DNA from: a virus
Virus record (IMG/VR): IMGVR_UViG_3300008262_000014
Span: 63,872 to 127,871 of that record
Length of the DNA: 64,000 nt
Reading direction: 5' to 3' (one strand)
The notes under the pieces are model-generated. The model was not told the origin of the DNA, made no database searches, and saw only the letters and a program-made list of their open reading frames with translations. This document shows positions 29,112 through 40,005 of this stretch, piece by piece. Every line of letters begins with the position of its first letter. Position 1 is the stretch's first letter. The translations under genes and the position numbers were made by a program.

Positions 29112-32100
29112 TCAATATAATTTAAAATAAACAACGTCACCATCTAATAAGGACAATTCTTTCATTAATTTAGATGATAATGCAACTGCATATTTATTAC
29201 CTGTAACATTACTACGAGTAGATTTAAGTGATGGACCAACGTGAACTGGACCTTTAACAAACTTAGGATCTGAATTAAGATTGATGTCAGGTATTATTTC
29301 AATAGATTTACTATTTCTAGGATTTAAAAATGTTACTTTTGATGTAAATATATAATCTGCGGTAGCAACATTAAGTAAGAATCTGGTACCATAAAAATAT
29401 GAATCTAATTTTGAAATATCACTCCATTTTAGTCTTTCATTAATATTTGTATCTTTAAAATTACTCACAATACCCATTGACATATTAGGTGATAATGGGT
29501 AATTAAATCCACCCATTTCAACAGATTGTGCTCTAAACCATTTATTGGTGCCGTCAGGTGCGGTAAAATTGGAATTTTCAACAAGTAAAATATATTTCTC
29601 ATCTGAGAAACCGTTATATGGAACTCCAAATATGTTTACTCCCGATTCATTTACCACAACTTCATTTGGTACTTGTTGTGATCCTGGATCGATTTCAAGA
29701 GAAATATTATCTTGTACTTTTAACTTTCTTTCAGTTGATGAAGGATTTGTTTCAAGTTCATTTGTTTTAACGAGTGCTTTATTTAAAATGGCGTCAAATA
29801 ATGGTTTATATGATGCCATTGTTGATTCTTTGGGATCAGGTAATGAAGCGTATGGTATCCTCGTACCATTAAAAACAGTAGATATTGAATTTCCTTTAAT
29901 TGAATGGGTTACATCTGTTATCCAATATGTACCTTTGAACATAGGGATATTTTTTAAATAAAAATACATTGTTGGTTGTATCATTACATTACCCATTGAA
30001 GATACCTGGCACGCGTATGATGATTGTCTATATATATCAAATAAACCGATATCAACTTGATATGAGTTAGATCCTGACTCTGATCTACCCAAATTTTCCA
30101 TCGCAACAAATGATTCTGTGGTATTTTTTAATGTACTTTGATCTAATTGAACAGATTTAAATATTCCTTGATTCTGGTCACCAAAACTAACCTCAAAGGC
30201 CACAACCCTATTTGATTTGTATAAATCTGGATCATTAAAAACGGCAGGTGACGTTATAATTAATGGATTATTATTTGGATCTTGTATGTTAAATCCATCA
30301 TCCATAAATTTATAATCTTTACTATATTTGTTTAAATCTAAATGTTTAGATGTGGGTCCCACATATTGTAATATTACTTTTGGTGAAGATTCCTGATAGT
30401 CAACTTCTAAAAATGTTCCAAATAAATTTTTCGCCAAATTTTTAGATGGTATTGGTTTTGTTTTATTACTATAATTTGCACCATAGAAATTAACATATGA
30501 CGGTAATGTTCTCATATCAAAACCAGTACCTTGAATCAACATTGAAATAACACCATATAAATTTTGTTTTTGATTTTTAGGATTATCTAATGGTGTTAGT
30601 TTTTGTATATTAATATATGCTTCAGAACCAATATCTTTATTTGCCTTATCTAAAAATAGAAACTCCTCAAGTAGTAATCTTTGTCCTATTGAATTTCCTC
30701 CAACCCATTTATCATTAAAAGACTTAAAAACATTATATAAATCTAATTTTAATATTTCATCACCAAATCCACTCGTTGGTGTTAATTTTCTGGGTCCTTC
30801 GGCAGTTGTTTCTAATTTTGATAATTTTGTTATTAAATTATCTAAAAATTTAGTATGGTTATCAGTTAGAGTTGATGTTTTGTCTACTCTAAAAACATCA
30901 GTTTCAATATATTTTATAAAATCATTTTTTAAAGGTGTCGGTGTATTAATATATTGACCCGCAAATATTTGTACCAATGATCTAAATTGTAAAACATTTT
31001 CTTCACTTAATTCAATATCATTTGTGGCGAAAAACTGTAAATATTTATTATCAATATCTTCACCTAAATATAAATCAATATAACGTGAATTAGACATTAT
31101 TTGTGAAACATCAAAACTTCTATATGTAAATGTACTATTTGGATATAGTTGTGCGAACCCACCATAAACATATGGATCAATTTCTTTTGGATTTGATATC
31201 GTAAAACTAATTAAATTTTCTTTACTTAATATTTTAGTTGTGATATCTTCTAATTTAGTAGATTGTCTTGTTTTTATCTCATTAATGACTTGTTCGTTAA
31301 TATTAGTTTCATCAGAACTTTCTTTTTTTACTGTACAAATATCTCTTAATAAATCTTGAAAATTATAATATTCAACATTTTTAAATCTTTTATATGGAAT
31401 TTCTTCTTCAATTTTTTCTTTTGAAAATTCTAAAAACATACTTTCCATATCTTCCAAAATTTTTGGACTGAATGTTCCAATCAAATCAAGTACTTTTCTA
31501 AAGTTATTATCTATTCCAAATATATTATCATAGGTTGAACCGGAAACAAATGTTCTACAATATTCTGAATGTTTCGGAAATGTTATACCACTAAAATTAT
31601 AATTTAATGTATCATCTTCCCATATTATTCTTGTATATCTTTGTTCTCTGGCGAAAAAATTATATGGTCTGGTATCTAAATTAAAACCGACCGATGGTAA
31701 TATTGTTAACCTTTGGTCGTCACTTTGGTATTTGGAATTATCAACAAATGTTGTCCAAAATCTCATCCCATCAATTTCAGATTTTTCTAAACCCCTGATA
31801 CCACCTGCGTTTGCATTTACATTAAATGAACTGGCGCCGGAGAAAACACTATAATGATTATATCCATTAAGGATTTGATGAAATATAGCATCATAATATG
31901 GGTGAATACCAATATCACTATTATTTGAATATGTTATATTTGTTGAATTTAATGTAAATGTAAGTCCTGAATTATTATCGAAAAAAACAGAACCATTAAA
32001 TGGTTTTGTCACATTTGATGTTGTTAAAAAACCATCTAATATATCTACATTATCTAATATTTTTCTTTTATATCTATGATAGATAGATCCCCATTTTAAT

Positions 32101-34886
32101 AACAAATGATAAGGAATAAAATGTGTAGATCCAATTTCTCTAAATAGAGAAGATACTCTAATACCATCTGAAAACACATCTTCCAAATCCTTAAATGGTA
32201 AAGAATTTAATAGTAAATAAGATGACCCGACATATTTTTCTTGTCTATTACCTTTGTTGAAATCACTATATAATTGTTGGTGAAAATATGGTGTATTTAA
32301 AATGTTAATATTGTTAACTAATGGGCCAGCCAAACCTGTAAGATTTCTTTTAATTATTGTGAATTTATTTGAAAATAAATTAGTCGTAAAACTATTTTTA
32401 ACCCATAATTCCGAATTTATTTCTGAAGTTATGAAACCATTTGATGTGTTAACTTTTAAAACGTTACCAAATTTTAATTCATCTGATGAAAAATTATTTT
32501 TGTTAATATATGATAAATAAGTTTTAGAATTAAAAGGATAGATTTTTAATCTATGATTTTCGGGTTTATATTTTAATAAATTTATTGCTAATTCAGGATA
32601 AGAATCATCATTATCTACTGGTTTTGGTGCACCGTTAGGTAAATTATCAATATCATAATATTGTTCAAATTTAAATGGTGTTTCTAAAATACCATCGAGA
32701 TATGTTACAGTTGGTAATCTGTCAACAAGATATGGAAATCTATCAAACGTAGATGTTGATTTCATTAATTTAAATAAATCATTTATACTTCTTACCTCAT
32801 CTTTTAATATGTCAATTAATTCATAATCTTCTTTAATACTTTCTTGTAAATTTTCAAATTCGATATCAGATAATTCAAGTATGGTATTTGGATTACTTGT
32901 ACTGAAAGTATCAAATGTTGTGGCGTAAAAAGATCTTTCAAACATTTCATATAAAATAGATGATAATGTTTTTTCAGTATATGGTATGAAACCAAGTGAT
33001 TTACCAAACCCATTTATCAAACCATCAAATGAACTTATTTTTTTAATATTACTTTCTTCTAGATTACTTTCAAAAATATAATCAATTCTACCAACACCAC
33101 CTTCTTTATCAGACAATGGATCATATTTATTTGTTGCAATTGCAATATATTCTTCAACAAAATCTACTTCTGGCCATAAATTTTTATCATTCGATTTTAA
33201 TTTTTCAATTAAATCTTTATCACCGGGATATGCAATTACTTTATGTTTTGATCCTCCACCAACACTTTTTTTAACTTCCGGCCAAGGATATATTGCACCG
33301 CCGCCAGGTGTTTCATCTGAAAAAGATTGAAGTATTTTTTTCCTATTTTCAGAATCTTTAAAAGCTTTAGTGTGCACATCTTTTAATAATCTAATATATA
33401 CTTCGGCATTTGCTAATATTACTGCAAATATATTTCTTATTGTTGGTTCGAATCCTATACCTAATTTAGGATCTTTTATTATTCTATTTATCTCTTCTTC
33501 TATTTCAGTTTGTAATGTTTTCTTTTGTGAATTAAATTCATTCACCATTTTTTTGAAATCATCTTCTAATAAATCGACATTAATACCTACTAATTTACCA
33601 CTTGTATAACCAACATAATCTTTTACATCTCTAATTCTATTACTTGACCTTAATGTACTAAAGTTTGATTTTGTTTTATTAATTAAGTTATTAGCAAATA
33701 ATTTACTATTAAGTAAAATTTCTTTATAATTTTTTAACCCAATTTCTAAAGTTTTTTTGTCTCCAAATATTTTACTGGTATCAGTTCTATCGTTACCTTT
33801 TAAATAATAAAATATGTCAACATTATTTGTGCCTCCACTAAAATTATCTATTGTTAAATTTTTTTTTATCCAAGTACTTAAAAAATCACCGAATTTAGAT
33901 AAATTTTTCTCATATTCAACAACACCTGAAAATAGTCTGAAATCAACTTTGTTAAATATTTCATTTTCTAATATTACATCTAAAGTTTCAGAAATTGAAA
34001 TTAATTCTCTTAGTGTTCTTACTGGAAAATCTTGATCAATTAATCTCTTCTGTTTATATTCGTTATAAACAGAATTTAATATTGCATAACCTCTAGATGA
34101 TTTTGAAATTTTCTTAACATACCTTCCTGTTCTTTCATTGAATTCAGCATCTTTTGTTGATTCAACTCTAAACATATATGGTGCATTTAACATACCATTT
34201 AATGGTATATCTGTTAAATGTGCATATGTTGACCCGATAAAATTAGTCACAACTTCAAAATTACCATTACTTTCATTAAATCTTGATGAGAATTTAACCA
34301 AGTGTAATCTATATCTTACAGCTTTACCATAATATCCTTTAACTGTTAAATAAAATATTGGCCAAGGTAAATGAAAAAATGCTTTATATGGTGAATTTTC
34401 AGGTGAATCAAATAATGTTTTACCTCTAACATCAATAAAATTTATTGTTACTTGTGGTATCGCATTAAATCCTTTTGTTGTTATATTAATACTATCAATA
34501 CCAAAACTTTGTGCGGTACCATCAGATTGATAATATTCACTCTCATTATTTAAATTTAAATCTTTTGTTTCTCTTGTTACTTCTATTTTATCAAAAAAAG
34601 CGTCGGTCCAAGTTGCATCATAATCTCCACCTTTTTGATTTTTTAAAAAATTTAAAGTTCCTTTAGCGACAGAAAATAAAGTATTTTTATCATTTGATGA
34701 AATCAATGTTGATCTTGGAACTAGATCGGCTTCCAAATTAACATACATCATTAAATTTTCTGGTCTAATATTTCTAGGTTCTATTTCACCATCAACAACA
34801 ATACTATTAGGATCAACATAAATTAAATTATTTTGATCTACTTTAATTAATATTTCTTCATTATTTGATAAATCATTGTTTCCCAT
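29112..34886 (-). CDS. Very large baseplate hub-like protein (gp27/late control D-type C-terminal region)
   Basis: 1924 aa; CQVSSMGNVMIQPTMYFYL...GTYWITDVTHSI...TVFNGTR resembles the hub/VgrG signature; located after the gp53-like gene. Confidence 0.6.
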   Translation of the reverse strand: MGNNDLSNNEEILIKVDQNNLIYVDPNSIVVDGEIEPRNIRPENLMMYVNLEADLVPRSTLISSNDKNTLFSVAKGTLNFLKNQKGGDYDATWTDAFFDKIEVTRETKDLNLNNESEYYQSDGTAQSFGIDSINITTKGFNAIPQVTINFIDVRGKTLFDSPENSPYKAFFHLPWPIFYLTVKGYYGKAVRYRLHLVKFSSRFNESNGNFEVVTNFIGSTYAHLTDIPLNGMLNAPYMFRVESTKDAEFNERTGRYVKKISKSSRGYAILNSVYNEYKQKRLIDQDFPVRTLRELISISETLDVILENEIFNKVDFRLFSGVVEYEKNLSKFGDFLSTWIKKNLTIDNFSGGTNNVDIFYYLKGNDRTDTSKIFGDKKTLEIGLKNYKEILLNSKLFANNLINKTKSNFSTLRSSNRIRDVKDYVGYTSGKLVGINVDLLEDDFKKMVNEFNSQKKTLQTEIEEEINRIIKDPKLGIGFEPTIRNIFAVILANAEVYIRLLKDVHTKAFKDSENRKKILQSFSDETPGGGAIYPWPEVKKSVGGGSKHKVIAYPGDKDLIEKLKSNDKNLWPEVDFVEEYIAIATNKYDPLSDKEGGVGRIDYIFESNLEESNIKKISSFDGLINGFGKSLGFIPYTEKTLSSILYEMFERSFYATTFDTFSTSNPNTILELSDIEFENLQESIKEDYELIDILKDEVRSINDLFKLMKSTSTFDRFPYLVDRLPTVTYLDGILETPFKFEQYYDIDNLPNGAPKPVDNDDSYPELAINLLKYKPENHRLKIYPFNSKTYLSYINKNNFSSDELKFGNVLKVNTSNGFITSEINSELWVKNSFTTNLFSNKFTIIKRNLTGLAGPLVNNINILNTPYFHQQLYSDFNKGNRQEKYVGSSYLLLNSLPFKDLEDVFSDGIRVSSLFREIGSTHFIPYHLLLKWGSIYHRYKRKILDNVDILDGFLTTSNVTKPFNGSVFFDNNSGLTFTLNSTNITYSNNSDIGIHPYYDAIFHQILNGYNHYSVFSGASSFNVNANAGGIRGLEKSEIDGMRFWTTFVDNSKYQSDDQRLTILPSVGFNLDTRPYNFFAREQRYTRIIWEDDTLNYNFSGITFPKHSEYCRTFVSGSTYDNIFGIDNNFRKVLDLIGTFSPKILEDMESMFLEFSKEKIEEEIPYKRFKNVEYYNFQDLLRDICTVKKESSDETNINEQVINEIKTRQSTKLEDITTKILSKENLISFTISNPKEIDPYVYGGFAQLYPNSTFTYRSFDVSQIMSNSRYIDLYLGEDIDNKYLQFFATNDIELSEENVLQFRSLVQIFAGQYINTPTPLKNDFIKYIETDVFRVDKTSTLTDNHTKFLDNLITKLSKLETTAEGPRKLTPTSGFGDEILKLDLYNVFKSFNDKWVGGNSIGQRLLLEEFLFLDKANKDIGSEAYINIQKLTPLDNPKNQKQNLYGVISMLIQGTGFDMRTLPSYVNFYGANYSNKTKPIPSKNLAKNLFGTFLEVDYQESSPKVILQYVGPTSKHLDLNKYSKDYKFMDDGFNIQDPNNNPLIITSPAVFNDPDLYKSNRVVAFEVSFGDQNQGIFKSVQLDQSTLKNTTESFVAMENLGRSESGSNSYQVDIGLFDIYRQSSYACQVSSMGNVMIQPTMYFYLKNIPMFKGTYWITDVTHSIKGNSISTVFNGTRIPYASLPDPKESTMASYKPLFDAILNKALVKTNELETNPSSTERKLKVQDNISLEIDPGSQQVPNEVVVNESGVNIFGVPYNGFSDEKYILLVENSNFTAPDGTNKWFRAQSVEMGGFNYPLSPNMSMGIVSNFKDTNINERLKWSDISKLDSYFYGTRFLLNVATADYIFTSKVTFLNPRNSKSIEIIPDINLNSDPKFVKGPVHVGPSLKSTRSNVTGNKYAVALSSKLMKELSLLDGDVVYFKLY

Positions 34887-35199
34887 AATATAACGTATAC
34901 AATTCTACATTTCTTTTATAATCTTGTAAAGAGGTAACTAAAGGAAATGGTATTCTTAGAACAAAATTATCGGGAATTTCAAATTCTACACTACCAGCCA
35001 ATGGATTAGCCATTAATATTAACCAACTAAATAACGGTGTTCCGTAATTTTCATCTGAAACCTTATCTAATCTTGTTTTATTTTTTTTATAAAAAATATA
35101 TTTATCAGTTCTTTTTATCGGAATTTCAATACCAGGAACAATTCTAAATTCCCCATTTTCTGTAAATTCTTGATATCTATCATAATAACTTCTACTCAT
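34873..35199 (-). CDS. Baseplate wedge protein (T4 gp53 / LysM-like tail X)
   Basis: TRLDKVSDENYGTPLFSWLILMANP...LRIP. Confidence 0.8.
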   Translation of the reverse strand: MSRSYYDRYQEFTENGEFRIVPGIEIPIKRTDKYIFYKKNKTRLDKVSDENYGTPLFSWLILMANPLAGSVEFEIPDNFVLRIPFPLVTSLQDYKRNVELYTLYYGKQ

Positions 35200-38100
35200 T
35201 TCTATATAAATTTAATTTTTTACCAACTGGTACTTTTGGTGATTTTATTTTTCTAAGAGTTTCTTTTTCATTAGAATCGGTAATATCACTTTCTGATGAT
35301 ATTTTAAATCTAGTTTTGATAGTATCTTTTCTTTTAGGATATTTTTTTATTTTAAATTTAACCTTATCAGGTTTTTCTAAAAATTTATCAAGTGCCCTTT
35401 CTATTTTTTCCTTTTCTTTATTTGGTCTAAAAACTAAGGTATCTGTATATAAATTTAATATATCATTTTTACTATCTTTTAACAAAATAGAAATAATATA
35501 TATTGCTTGATTGTCTGTTATTGTAGTTGGATTTAAAAAATTTAAATTATTATTTATTTTACTTGTTAATTTAGAATGATTTTCGGATAAAAATTCAACA
35601 CAATTTGAATACTTATCATATAATTTATCATAAGTAAAACCAGATAAATCTGCCTTAGTAAACTTTTCATTACTAACTTTACCATCATGTATGTAGTAAA
35701 TTAAATAATTTAAATTATCTAAACTTTTTATTAATTCATTTCTCTTTTTTTCTAAATCTTTTATCGGTGTAAATCCTGTTATATCGTCAACAATTGTTGA
35801 TATTTTATTAATAATATACGGTTTTAATATTTGATCTGAATTTGGTATTTTTGCATCTGGTAAATTTACATTTAACATATCTTTAGTTAAACTTGGTATT
35901 TTTTTATCTAATACCTCAATAAGTTTTTCTTTAAGAATACCTATTATAACATTTAATTCTTTACTTTTAGCATATTCACCTAACAATTCAATTGTTTCTA
36001 CTTGTGTCCCATTAGGTGTTTTAAAAATATCATATGTGTTTATTGGTCGATAATTTTTAGAATAAAATATTGCAGCAATATCTTCACCATATTTTAAAAC
36101 ACAATCGTTATATGAACTTTTATATTTTTCATAATAACCTTCCGTATTTGAAAACAGACTATCAATTAACTTGTCATAAAATAATTCTTTTCCAGATATT
36201 TCACCAATATAACCTTCTGATGGGTTACCAGGATTTTTTTCTTTTGATTCTTCTTTAGGTTCTTTAGGGTTATTCTGTATTTGTTCTAAAAAACTTTTAG
36301 TGAATAATTCCGCGTCAATACCATCTATTTTAGTATTAGTTGTTATTGATCTTTCATCGTACATTTCTGTATTTGCAAAAAAGTTTGACGATAATGCATT
36401 CTGTAATTTTTCAACAGGTTTTTCTAAACCATGACCACCAATAAAACTAACTTGTAATTGAACAGTAGCCAACATTGGTTGTACACCAATTCCTTCAGGA
36501 TTCAAATCCCATATACCTTCTTCAAAATTTATACTAAGATCTTTTATTGCCACTTTTGAATGATAAAAATCACCAATTCTAATTATACAAATTGGTGGTG
36601 GACCAAAGGTAGTATTTCGTGCATTTAAATCAGTAACATCAGACAATCCTTTTATTGGTAAGGTGTCACCAGGTCTAACACACTGTTGTAAAAAAGTAAG
36701 TCTTGCATTTAATCCTTCAGGTGTCATAGAATGAAATGCTGGGTGGAAATATTTTAATTTTTCTTTTAATGATGAAAATTGTACAGGGGAATCTTCTTCT
36801 AATTTTTTAAAATAAAAACACTCTGATAATGTTTTCATTATCAATCTTTTCATTATATCGATTGGTGGTTTTTTTATTTCTTTTTTTATTTTAACTTCCC
36901 CATTCGGTTGTAATGATGTTTTAGGTAATTCTTTTGGTATTGTTTCTTCTTGTTTTGGTGGTGGATCTGATTTTGTAAATTTCATACTTATGATACTTGA
37001 TCTACATTTTACAGATACAGGAGCATACTGATCTAAACTTTTTGCCGGATCTCCTTTTGGTACATTTTTATCATACGTAAATTTATTTTTTGAACACTCT
37101 GTTCCAGTACCATATGCAATACATTTAAATTTTAATCTTCCTGTTCTATCGTAACCTATTGATTCAAAAGGTAATGGTTCAGAAATAAATGTGACTGGTG
37201 TACCGTTGTCAACAACATCTCCGTCACCATTAACATTAAATTCCCATTTTAATTTTTCTTTAGTAAATGCGTAGATATCAGAAATATTTGTTTTTGATAT
37301 ATACTCAATAATATCAATAATTATGGAGTGTGTTCTTCTTAATGCTAAATTTAAATTATAATTTGGATTTTCAGTATTTAAAATAGATGATTTTGATTCT
37401 ATTTGTACTAAAATTTCATTTATAGTTCCCGCGGATAATCCTTGTTTAATATTTTCTAAAAAAGAAACATATTCAGAAATATCATCATTAAAATCAGAAT
37501 ATATTTGTGTTAATTTACCTTTTTCTCTTTCAATTAAATCCACCTTATTGGTTGCATCTATATTTGGTTGATTAAAAATTCTTATTAAATCATTATCAAT
37601 TGTATTTTTATATGTACCATATGTTGTTTGGTCCGCATAATCGTCTATCAATTGATTCAATGCCACCCCATATTCTGTTTTTGTATCTTCAAATGTATTT
37701 TTATAATCATCATATAGATTTTGATACTTGGCACTAGTATTATATTTTGTTGCATTAGCTGCCGGAAAATCATTTTGAAATAATAATTCAATATTTGTTA
37801 TTTGTTCACTGTTTTGATTTGTTTCATCTTTACTGGGATTTTCACCTGTATTAACATCTTCAGTTACTTGTTTATATTGTTGTATTATTTCTGTTGAAAC
37901 TCCTGAATTAAGATATCTTTGAATTAATTTTATATCACTTTCATTTAGTGTTGTAAATTTTTTTACTAAATCATATAAATCAACATCTTGACAGCCAGCA
38001 AAGAACGCTTTTATATAATTATCCGCTTCTTCATCAGACATAGTTTTGAAAAAATCTCTAACAAGTAGATTTAGTATACTTGGGTGATCGACTATAATTT

Positions 38101-39991
38101 TAAAAGATATTGTACCTGTTCTAGTTGTATTAAGATATGTAAAAATAGGTTCAGGTCTACCTACAAAAGTATTTTCTTCCCATCTGGCATTACTCTGTTC
38201 ATTAACTTTTAAATCATACGGTGGAAACCACATAACTCTACCACCGTTAGGTCCTCTTTCACAATAAGGTAAATCTTGTACTGTAAATCCTTCTCTATTT
38301 GAAGTTTTCCACGCTAAATTTTCAATAGAAAACATATATTTTTTAGCGAAAAAACCACCACCAAATGGGTAATTTGGAAATATATTTGAAGAAGATTCAA
38401 ATCCTTTATTTCCGTCTGACATTGGTGCTATATTCAAATTATATGGTGTTGTTAAAACACTCCCATTAAATTTTCTAATATTTGTTGTTTTTTTCATTGT
38501 ATCAGACATCGTAAAATATGGTCTATCTTTTGTCCATACCCTACAATATTCAACACCACTTTCTTCGCCAGTAAATTTATTTGTATATTTTATAGCGGAA
38601 CCTCTTGATATCCTAACATCACCTTCTCTAAAAACTCTACTAGTCTGATCTATTGCATTTGCAATGTGTGCTCTCGCCTCACCACCATTAGTTGGTAAGG
38701 TATTTAAAATTTCTTGAGTAACACCTAAAATTGAATCTTCTCTAAAATCATAATTATTAGATAATGATTCTTCATATTTTGATCTTTGTTCATTAAAAAA
38801 TTGGTTATTTTCCCCTAATTTGTTTCTTGAATTTTTACTTATCCAAGTTAGTTTACCTGTTATTTCACCTCCTTGTGAAATATTTTTACTTGTATGAAAT
38901 AATTCTGTAGATGTTTGATCAAACATTAACATCATATAATAGTTACTTCTAACAGGTCTACCATTAAAATCATTCATTGAATACTTGACATCATTTCCTC
39001 TATCATCACCAATATACGCAATACCATTAGGTGCTTCGATACCTAAAATATTTTTTACACCTTCGGCCACGTTGTTAACAAAATTAAAAGTTTTTGAAGA
39101 TTGTTGTGATCTCGCACTTGTAGTATAATCTGGTGCGTATTTAGAATATGATATATTATCATATAACCTTTGTTTTTGACCACTCCCCATATACTCTATA
39201 AAAAGATCAGATGGTTTTCTTGATAATTTTGGTCTTCTTTGAATTCCAATTAAAGAACCTAAGGCACCTGTAACATCTTGAAAAATTGCACCTAATTCTG
39301 TTTTTGCTTCAGGTCTATAATTTACGGGGTTTGCCGGATTACTTAAATAATCACCAGGTATTTCTGTAAATGGAAATTCAACTCCCGATACTGTTTGTAA
39401 AAAATCAATTGCCTTACCCGCTAAACTTTTTGCAACTGTAATTTTATAATTAGGGGTTATTAATGGTTCTCTACCTGTAATTATATTAATAGCCGCAGAT
39501 GTACTACCATTTAATGCAGCAATTAATCTAAGTCTACCCTCTGTTTCCGTTTTTAAATTTTGTTCTATTCTAGCATAAACAGGTCCTTTTTTGTTTTTAT
39601 CTCTAATATATGATGCTGCAAATTTAAAAAGTTCAGATTCATTATCATAATTTGAATTAGACATTATTCCAACTAAATTATAATCACCAGTTCTAAAATA
39701 TGGTGTACCATTATAGTATAACAATAAATTTGCCCTTCTTGGAATGGTGTCTATAGTATCTTTTACAAAAAATTCTAAAGGTTTGTAAGTATTAAATCTT
39801 TGTGGATATTGTAAATCAAAATCTCTATTAGTATCTACCTCACCTGGATCAATATTTGAATATTCATTTAATTCTTGGACAACATAATTATTTTGATTAA
39901 ATGTTTGTGGGCCAACAGGACTTGTTAATGTTCTCCTTATTAGATCATTTCTAAAATCTTTTGTACTATTAAAATCTAAATATGTTGGCAT
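35192..39991 (-). CDS. Large baseplate/tail-tube initiator-like protein with an OmpA-like insertion
   Basis: 1599 aa; tube-fold segments WEENTFVGRPEPIFTYLNTTRTGTISF and PICIIRIGDFY...QPMLATVQLQVSFIG; follows the tape measure. Confidence 0.6.
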   Translation of the reverse strand: MPTYLDFNSTKDFRNDLIRRTLTSPVGPQTFNQNNYVVQELNEYSNIDPGEVDTNRDFDLQYPQRFNTYKPLEFFVKDTIDTIPRRANLLLYYNGTPYFRTGDYNLVGIMSNSNYDNESELFKFAASYIRDKNKKGPVYARIEQNLKTETEGRLRLIAALNGSTSAAINIITGREPLITPNYKITVAKSLAGKAIDFLQTVSGVEFPFTEIPGDYLSNPANPVNYRPEAKTELGAIFQDVTGALGSLIGIQRRPKLSRKPSDLFIEYMGSGQKQRLYDNISYSKYAPDYTTSARSQQSSKTFNFVNNVAEGVKNILGIEAPNGIAYIGDDRGNDVKYSMNDFNGRPVRSNYYMMLMFDQTSTELFHTSKNISQGGEITGKLTWISKNSRNKLGENNQFFNEQRSKYEESLSNNYDFREDSILGVTQEILNTLPTNGGEARAHIANAIDQTSRVFREGDVRISRGSAIKYTNKFTGEESGVEYCRVWTKDRPYFTMSDTMKKTTNIRKFNGSVLTTPYNLNIAPMSDGNKGFESSSNIFPNYPFGGGFFAKKYMFSIENLAWKTSNREGFTVQDLPYCERGPNGGRVMWFPPYDLKVNEQSNARWEENTFVGRPEPIFTYLNTTRTGTISFKIIVDHPSILNLLVRDFFKTMSDEEADNYIKAFFAGCQDVDLYDLVKKFTTLNESDIKLIQRYLNSGVSTEIIQQYKQVTEDVNTGENPSKDETNQNSEQITNIELLFQNDFPAANATKYNTSAKYQNLYDDYKNTFEDTKTEYGVALNQLIDDYADQTTYGTYKNTIDNDLIRIFNQPNIDATNKVDLIEREKGKLTQIYSDFNDDISEYVSFLENIKQGLSAGTINEILVQIESKSSILNTENPNYNLNLALRRTHSIIIDIIEYISKTNISDIYAFTKEKLKWEFNVNGDGDVVDNGTPVTFISEPLPFESIGYDRTGRLKFKCIAYGTGTECSKNKFTYDKNVPKGDPAKSLDQYAPVSVKCRSSIISMKFTKSDPPPKQEETIPKELPKTSLQPNGEVKIKKEIKKPPIDIMKRLIMKTLSECFYFKKLEEDSPVQFSSLKEKLKYFHPAFHSMTPEGLNARLTFLQQCVRPGDTLPIKGLSDVTDLNARNTTFGPPPICIIRIGDFYHSKVAIKDLSINFEEGIWDLNPEGIGVQPMLATVQLQVSFIGGHGLEKPVEKLQNALSSNFFANTEMYDERSITTNTKIDGIDAELFTKSFLEQIQNNPKEPKEESKEKNPGNPSEGYIGEISGKELFYDKLIDSLFSNTEGYYEKYKSSYNDCVLKYGEDIAAIFYSKNYRPINTYDIFKTPNGTQVETIELLGEYAKSKELNVIIGILKEKLIEVLDKKIPSLTKDMLNVNLPDAKIPNSDQILKPYIINKISTIVDDITGFTPIKDLEKKRNELIKSLDNLNYLIYYIHDGKVSNEKFTKADLSGFTYDKLYDKYSNCVEFLSENHSKLTSKINNNLNFLNPTTITDNQAIYIISILLKDSKNDILNLYTDTLVFRPNKEKEKIERALDKFLEKPDKVKFKIKKYPKRKDTIKTRFKISSESDITDSNEKETLRKIKSPKVPVGKKLNLYRNE

Positions 39992-40005
39992 TTAACTACT
40001 TTATA

